Positions 59,441 through 64,000 of a stretch of DNA of 64,000 nt are shown here, piece after piece. The stretch is from Gemmatimonadaceae bacterium (GTDB taxonomy: Bacteria; Gemmatimonadota; Gemmatimonadetes; Gemmatimonadales; Gemmatimonadaceae), in contig JBHYGA010000004.1 in the NCBI GenBank assembly GCA_051859245.1, positions 512,001 to 576,000 of the forward strand, read 5' to 3'. The translations under genes were made by a program, and so were the position numbers. Every line of letters starts with the position of its first letter. Position 1 is the first letter of the stretch. The notes under the pieces were generated by a model, which saw only the letters and a list, made by a program, of their open reading frames with translations, was not told the DNA's origin and did no database searches.

Positions 59441-59680
59441 AGGTCTCAAGATCCGGGTTGTGCGAGGGTTCTGCAAGAGCGATCGCGACGCGTGGACTCG
59501 GGCAGCGAGGCCGTTCGACGTGATCGGGGACATACTCCGAAGTCGTACGGAATTCCGGGGTGGTCTCGGACACAGCGCGCAAATGTCTGAGGCGAACTGG
59601 GCATTTCGTATGTGGGGAGAGACCACTGCGGTCCGGGCAATTGTTACACAACGTGCCACCCTTCTTCCAATCCCAGCACT

Positions 59681-60100
59681 ATGCTCACCAGTCAGCAACG
59701 GGCCCTCGTTCGCGAGACCTGGGCGCTTGTTACCCCAATCGCGCCAACAGCGGCGGGCCTCTTCTACGACCGCTTGTTCACGCTCGACCCTTCGCTTCGC
59801 GCGTTGTTCGCGCATGCGGAGATGGATGCGCAAGGTGACAAGCTCATGCAGATGCTGGCGGTCGCGGTGGCGCACCTGGATCGACTTGATGCGTTGGCGC
59901 CCGCCGTTGAAGGGCTCGGGCGCCGGCACGCGGGCTACGGCGTACGCGATTCGCACTACATCACGGTGCGCGACGCGTTGTTATGGACGCTGGAGCAGGG
60001 GCTGGGACCGGCATTTACGCCCGAAGCACGCGCGGCCTGGGCGACAACTTATGAACTGCTCGCTGGCATCATGCGAACCGGTGGTGCGGTACCCGTCTGA
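59681..60100 (+). CDS. Single-domain globin
   Basis: FYDRLF..DP.LR.LF, Q..KL, LGRRH..YGV...HY..V..ALL. Confidence 0.9.
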   Translation: MLTSQQRALVRETWALVTPIAPTAAGLFYDRLFTLDPSLRALFAHAEMDAQGDKLMQMLAVAVAHLDRLDALAPAVEGLGRRHAGYGVRDSHYITVRDALLWTLEQGLGPAFTPEARAAWATTYELLAGIMRTGGAVPV

Positions 60101-60130
60101 ACGGGGTCTCGATATCAGATGCGTGGCGCG

Positions 60131-60514
60131 TCAGTCGCGTCGCGCGAGCAGTTCGATTTCAACTCGCGCGCCGAGCGGCAAACCCGCCACCGCAACCGTT
60201 GTGCGCGCGGGATACGGTGCGGTAAATCGTGTGGCGTACGCCGCGTTCATTGCCGCAAAGTCGGCCATGTCAATGAGGTACACATTGCACTTCACGACAT
60301 CGTCGAGTGATAAGCCGTTGTCTTCGAGTACGGCTTGCAGGTTGTCAAACACGCGATGCGTTTGTGCGGTCACGTCGCCGGTGATCAGCGCGCCGGTGGC
60401 GGGATCAATGGGCGTTTGTCCTGAGCAGAACAGTTCAGACCCGCTCCATACAGCGTGAGAGTACGGGCCAATGGCGGCGGGTCCGCGGGCGCTTGAGGCG
60501 GCGTGGCGAGGCAT
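60131..60514 (-). CDS. ridA: RidA/YjgF-family enamine deaminase
   Basis: PAAIGPYSHAV, SGQTP, MNAAY...PART.V.V..LP. Confidence 0.9.
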   Translation of the reverse strand: MPRHAASSARGPAAIGPYSHAVWSGSELFCSGQTPIDPATGALITGDVTAQTHRVFDNLQAVLEDNGLSLDDVVKCNVYLIDMADFAAMNAAYATRFTAPYPARTTVAVAGLPLGARVEIELLARRD

Positions 60515-60694
60515 GTGTCCGGGTGTGGTGTGGTGAGGGGATCGCGATTGCCTAGTGTACGCAAATGCAGCGTAATGTGCGAGGCAGGGGAACTCGTGCA
60601 TCGTGCGCGGACTAGTCAGGGCAGTCCACCGTGTGCGTCGGCAATCGATGTGTCGTCGCAGTCACTCCCTCCGCGAATCGCAGGAGTTCTACAC

Positions 60695-61276
60695 ATGCAT
60701 CGCCTCTCGCTCACTTCATCACGCACGGCATCACGCGCGATGTCATACGCGCCGCCGCTCCGCGCGCGTGCAATCGCTGTCGCCGCACTCACCCTCTCGG
60801 CGGCATTATGGGTGATGCCAAACACCGCCAGCGCGCAGATGGAACCCAAGCCCGCGGCGACACCATCGGTGATGATGACGCAGACCATCCCGATGAATGT
60901 GAACGCGGACGGCGTGGCCATTCACGGTTATGATCCGGTGGCGTACTTCACGGCGGGTGCACCAACCAAAGGCACCAACGCGTTCACTGCGAAGTGGCAG
61001 GGCGCCACGTTCCAGTTTGCATCGGCGGCCAATCGCGATGCATTTGTGGCCAAGCCCGACGCGTACGCACCGCAGTACGGCGGCTACTGCGCGATGGGCA
61101 TGGTGGGCGGCGGCAAGTATGACATTGATCCCTCCGCGTGGCGCGTAGAAAACGGCCGCTTGTATCTGAACAAAGATCCGCGCACGCAGAAGTCGTGGCT
61201 GCGTGACGTGCCGGGCCACATTGTGAAGGCAGACGCGAAGTGGCCGACCGTGGTGGCCAAAGAACAAAAGAAGTAA
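60695..61276 (+). CDS. YHS-domain protein
   Basis: AIHGYDPVAYF, F.SAANR..F...P..YAPQYGGYCA. Confidence 0.85.
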   Translation: MHRLSLTSSRTASRAMSYAPPLRARAIAVAALTLSAALWVMPNTASAQMEPKPAATPSVMMTQTIPMNVNADGVAIHGYDPVAYFTAGAPTKGTNAFTAKWQGATFQFASAANRDAFVAKPDAYAPQYGGYCAMGMVGGGKYDIDPSAWRVENGRLYLNKDPRTQKSWLRDVPGHIVKADAKWPTVVAKEQKK

Positions 61277-61303
61277 CGTCAGGGCGACAGATTCTGGTCT
61301 TGC

Positions 61304-61332
61304 TTGACAAATGAGCAGAACCCCGTCAGGAT
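61304..61332 (+). promoter_or_regulatory. Sigma70-type promoter of the aroF leader
   Basis: TTGACA-17nt-CAGGAT; the expected TSS falls at the leader ATG (61339). Confidence 0.65.
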
Positions 61333-61338
61333 TGTGCA

Positions 61339-61419
61339 ATGCGCCACAACGCCAGCTTTTATGCCTATTGGTTTACGCCGACCCCCACGGGCCACGGCGT
61401 CGGGCATTGCTGCGCGTAA
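61339..61419 (+). CDS. Aromatic-amino-acid attenuator leader peptide (MRHNASFYAYWFTPTPTGHGVGHCCA)
   Basis: 26 codons with the cluster F-Y-A-Y-W-F, upstream of DAHP synthase. Confidence 0.8.
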   Translation: MRHNASFYAYWFTPTPTGHGVGHCCA

Positions 61420-61442
61420 CGCGCTCCACCTGACGATCTGCG

Positions 61443-61476
61443 AGGCCCGTGCTCAATGCGCGGGCCTTTTTTGTTT
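61443..61476 (+). terminator. Attenuator terminator
   Basis: aggcccgtgc-tcaat-gcgcgggcct followed by tttttgttt. Confidence 0.85.
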
Positions 61477-61536
61477 GGCCAACGCAGATCGCACACGCCG
61501 AGTGGATCCCAACACTCTCTCTGGAACGGGACCCGT

Positions 61537-62577
61537 ATGATCATCGTGACTGCAGTTGGAACACCGGCCGACGCTGTAGAAAACATTGTGGCGCATGTGG
61601 AGCGTGCAGGACTGCGCGCGCACATCAGTCGCGGCGAAGAACGCACCATCATTGGCTGCATTGGTGATCATGACAAACTGATCGCGGCCAATCTCACACG
61701 TCTGCCCGGTGTGGAACAGGTGCTCAAGATCGGCAAGCCGTACAAGATTGCGTCGCGTGCGTTTGCGGGGTCTGATACGATTGTGTCGCTGGGGGACGCG
61801 GCGGGCACGCGCGTCGGTGGTGCAGAACTGGTTGTGATTGCAGGTCCGTGTTCGGTGGAGGGGCGCGATATGCTGTTTCAAACGGCGAACGCCGTGCAGG
61901 CGTCTGGCGCGCGCGCGTTGCGTGGTGGTGCGTTCAAGCCACGTTCGTCGCCGTACGCGTTTCAGGGTATGGGACGCGAAGCTCTGGAGCTGCTCGCCGA
62001 GGTGCGTGCGGAAACGGGATTGCCGGTGGTGACCGAAGTGCTGGATCCACGACAGGTGGAGTTGGTCTCGGAGTTCGCCGATGTGCTGCAAGTCGGCGCG
62101 CGTAACATGCAGAACTTCGCGCTGCTCACCGAGATTGGGAAATCGCATCGCCCGGTGCTACTCAAGCGCGGTTTGTCGGCCACGATCACCGAACTGCTCA
62201 TGGCCGCGGAGTACGTGCTGGCGCAGGGCAATACGCAGGTGATGTTGTGCGAGCGTGGCATTCGCACGTACGAAACGTCCACGCGCAATACGCTCGATAT
62301 TGCGGCGATTCCCGTGCTCAAGCGCGAGACGCATTTGCCGGTCATTGTGGACCCGAGTCACGCGGCGGGGCAGGCCGCTTTAGTTGCGCCACTCGCGATG
62401 GCGGCGATTGCCGCCGGCGCTGATGGATTGATTGTGGAAGTCCATCCCGACCCGACGTGCGCGCAGTCGGACGGTGAACAGTCGCTCACTTTTGCCGCAT
62501 TCGACGCGATGATGCGTCAGGCCCGCGTGGTGGCGCAGGCCGTGGGCCGCGAGTTGACCGTGCCGCTACTGGTGTAA
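61537..62577 (+). CDS. aroF: DAHP synthase type I-beta with N-terminal regulatory domain
   Basis: [41 protein letters not shown]. Confidence 0.95.
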   Translation: MIIVTAVGTPADAVENIVAHVERAGLRAHISRGEERTIIGCIGDHDKLIAANLTRLPGVEQVLKIGKPYKIASRAFAGSDTIVSLGDAAGTRVGGAELVVIAGPCSVEGRDMLFQTANAVQASGARALRGGAFKPRSSPYAFQGMGREALELLAEVRAETGLPVVTEVLDPRQVELVSEFADVLQVGARNMQNFALLTEIGKSHRPVLLKRGLSATITELLMAAEYVLAQGNTQVMLCERGIRTYETSTRNTLDIAAIPVLKRETHLPVIVDPSHAAGQAALVAPLAMAAIAAGADGLIVEVHPDPTCAQSDGEQSLTFAAFDAMMRQARVVAQAVGRELTVPLLV

Positions 62578-63144
62578 CGAAACGCGATCGGCGGCGCGTG
62601 CGAGTACGATGAATCGTGTCCAGTTGTGCGGCACATCCTGTACTCCACGCGCCAGCACTTCGAGTCCGTAACGCTGCGCTGCCAATGCACTCGCGATGGC
62701 GGCCACCGTGCGATCGCCGCGTTCACTGACTTCACGCGCGGCGCCGGCAGTATCGGCGTGTGGTTTGACTTCCAGCCACGGGTGTCGCGCGGAGAAGATG
62801 CGACACTGCGCCAGCGCCACCGGATGACTCCAGACCTGTTGTACAGTCGCGAGCATCGCACCGGGAACACCGAGTACGCACAACTCAATGACCAGCCGGT
62901 GTTCGTCGATCGGCACGAGTGCGTCGCCCACGCTGTGCATCGCGTCGAGCGCTACGGTCACCTTTCCGGCGATCGCATTCTCAACCGGAATCATGGCGCG
63001 GTCGCAGTTACCGCTGAGCACGGCCTGCAACGCCGCGGGGAATGACGTGTGTGGTACACCAACTGCCGTGTCACCGAAGTGCTGAAGCACTGCAGTATCG
63101 GAGTAGGCGCCGGGTTCTCCCTGATACGCGACGCGTTTGATCAC
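62566..63144 (-). CDS. pheA: Prephenate dehydratase (catalytic domain only)
   Basis: VAYQGEPGAYS, PVENAIAG, SHPVALAQC, DTAGAA, NWTRF. Confidence 0.88.
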   Translation of the reverse strand: MIKRVAYQGEPGAYSDTAVLQHFGDTAVGVPHTSFPAALQAVLSGNCDRAMIPVENAIAGKVTVALDAMHSVGDALVPIDEHRLVIELCVLGVPGAMLATVQQVWSHPVALAQCRIFSARHPWLEVKPHADTAGAAREVSERGDRTVAAIASALAAQRYGLEVLARGVQDVPHNWTRFIVLARAADRVSLHQ

Positions 63145-63189
63145 GAGCGCGTCGCGGCTGCTTGGATATCTCGTGTATTCATGAACGCG

Positions 63190-64000
63190 TTAATCCTGAA
63201 TCACTGGTAGCGTGCGCGGTACAACAGCGCGGCCAAGCTGCCCAAGATCGCTGCCGTACCAGATGCTGCGCGTTTTAGGATCGTACACCATGTGCCGGAC
63301 CGCGTTGACTTTGTTTTCGCCAATGTCGGTGTGTCCAAAGAAGCGCTGTGTTTTTGGATCGAATCCCACGAGCCGATTCGGGCGCACACCCGTCTCCACT
63401 ACCCAGAGACGATCCTGTTCGTCGACGGTCATGGCGTACGGCAATGACGCCGCCTTGCCAGGCAGCTCGTACTCCTTCACGGCCCCGGTTGCTGGATCAA
63501 GGCGACCGAGAAATCCACGCGTGTAGTCGGTGTACCAGATGCCGCCGTCGGTGGTCCGTGCAATACGACGCGGACGCGTGCGCTCGTTGGGCAGCACATA
63601 TTCCTTGACCGCTCTAGTAGTCGGATCAATGCGTCCGATCTTGTTCGTGCCAAAGAGATCAAACCACACCATACCGTCCGGAGCGACTACCACACCGTAC
63701 GGTCGTGAACGCGGCGTGGGCATGGTGATCAGTTCTACCTTGCCGGTATTCGGATCGAGCTGCCCCATCATGTTCGAGTTCTGCAGCGAGAACCACAGAT
63801 TGCCGCGTGCATCAAAGTCGATGGTGTGCGGATCTCGCGCGGCCGCTTCCGGCATGGGATACCGACGAATGGCGAGCGAACGTCCATCAATGCGTCCGAT
63901 CATGCCGTTCATGTTGCCGGCGTACCACGCATTGCCCTGTTTGTCGACCACCACCGTGTGCGGATGCGTGCCGCTATCAATGGCGATCTGTTTGAACTGG
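63190..64000 (-). CDS. Virginiamycin B lyase (Vgb)-like beta-propeller; 5' end outside the window
   Basis: Repeated P..I....DG..W......IGR.DP.T...KEY.LP units. Confidence 0.8.
   Translation of the reverse strand, partial: QFKQIAIDSGTHPHTVVVDKQGNAWYAGNMNGMIGRIDGRSLAIRRYPMPEAAARDPHTIDFDARGNLWFSLQNSNMMGQLDPNTGKVELITMPTPRSRPYGVVVAPDGMVWFDLFGTNKIGRIDPTTRAVKEYVLPNERTRPRRIARTTDGGIWYTDYTRGFLGRLDPATGAVKEYELPGKAASLPYAMTVDEQDRLWVVETGVRPNRLVGFDPKTQRFFGHTDIGENKVNAVRHMVYDPKTRSIWYGSDLGQLGRAVVPRTLPVIQD

Overview
High-GC bacterial chromosomal window. The gene content (several Ser/Thr kinase-TPR proteins, 6-bladed beta-propeller lipoproteins, a PEP-CTERM protein, many secreted peptidases) suggests Gemmatimonadota; this is an inference. 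Housekeeping anchors sit at the two ends: sahR-ahcY on the left and aroF/pheA on the right. Between them is a roughly 57 kb variable patchwork. Main observations: (1) an 8.3 kb island bounded by a repeat of the ahcY 3' end carries a translationally coupled operon of N6-adenine MTase, MORC/GHKL ATPase-histidine kinase fusion, receiver protein and cytoplasmic MBL-fold hydrolase, facing a PD-(D/E)xK-like gene. It is a candidate phosphorelay-controlled anti-phage system. (2) At least ten short, diverged, same-orientation copies of pieces of resident genes (ahcY x2, M28 peptidase, rhuM, fabZ-like x2, abrB, vapC, creatininase, ridA) lie at cargo junctions, and no integrase or transposase is visible. 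(3) Five intact toxin-antitoxin pairs, one relic pair and possible attC half-sites. (4) A probably leaderless Phe/Tyr/Trp leader-peptide attenuator precedes aroF. I saw no CRISPR array, tRNA or rRNA. All calls come from motif recognition by eye; no database search was run.
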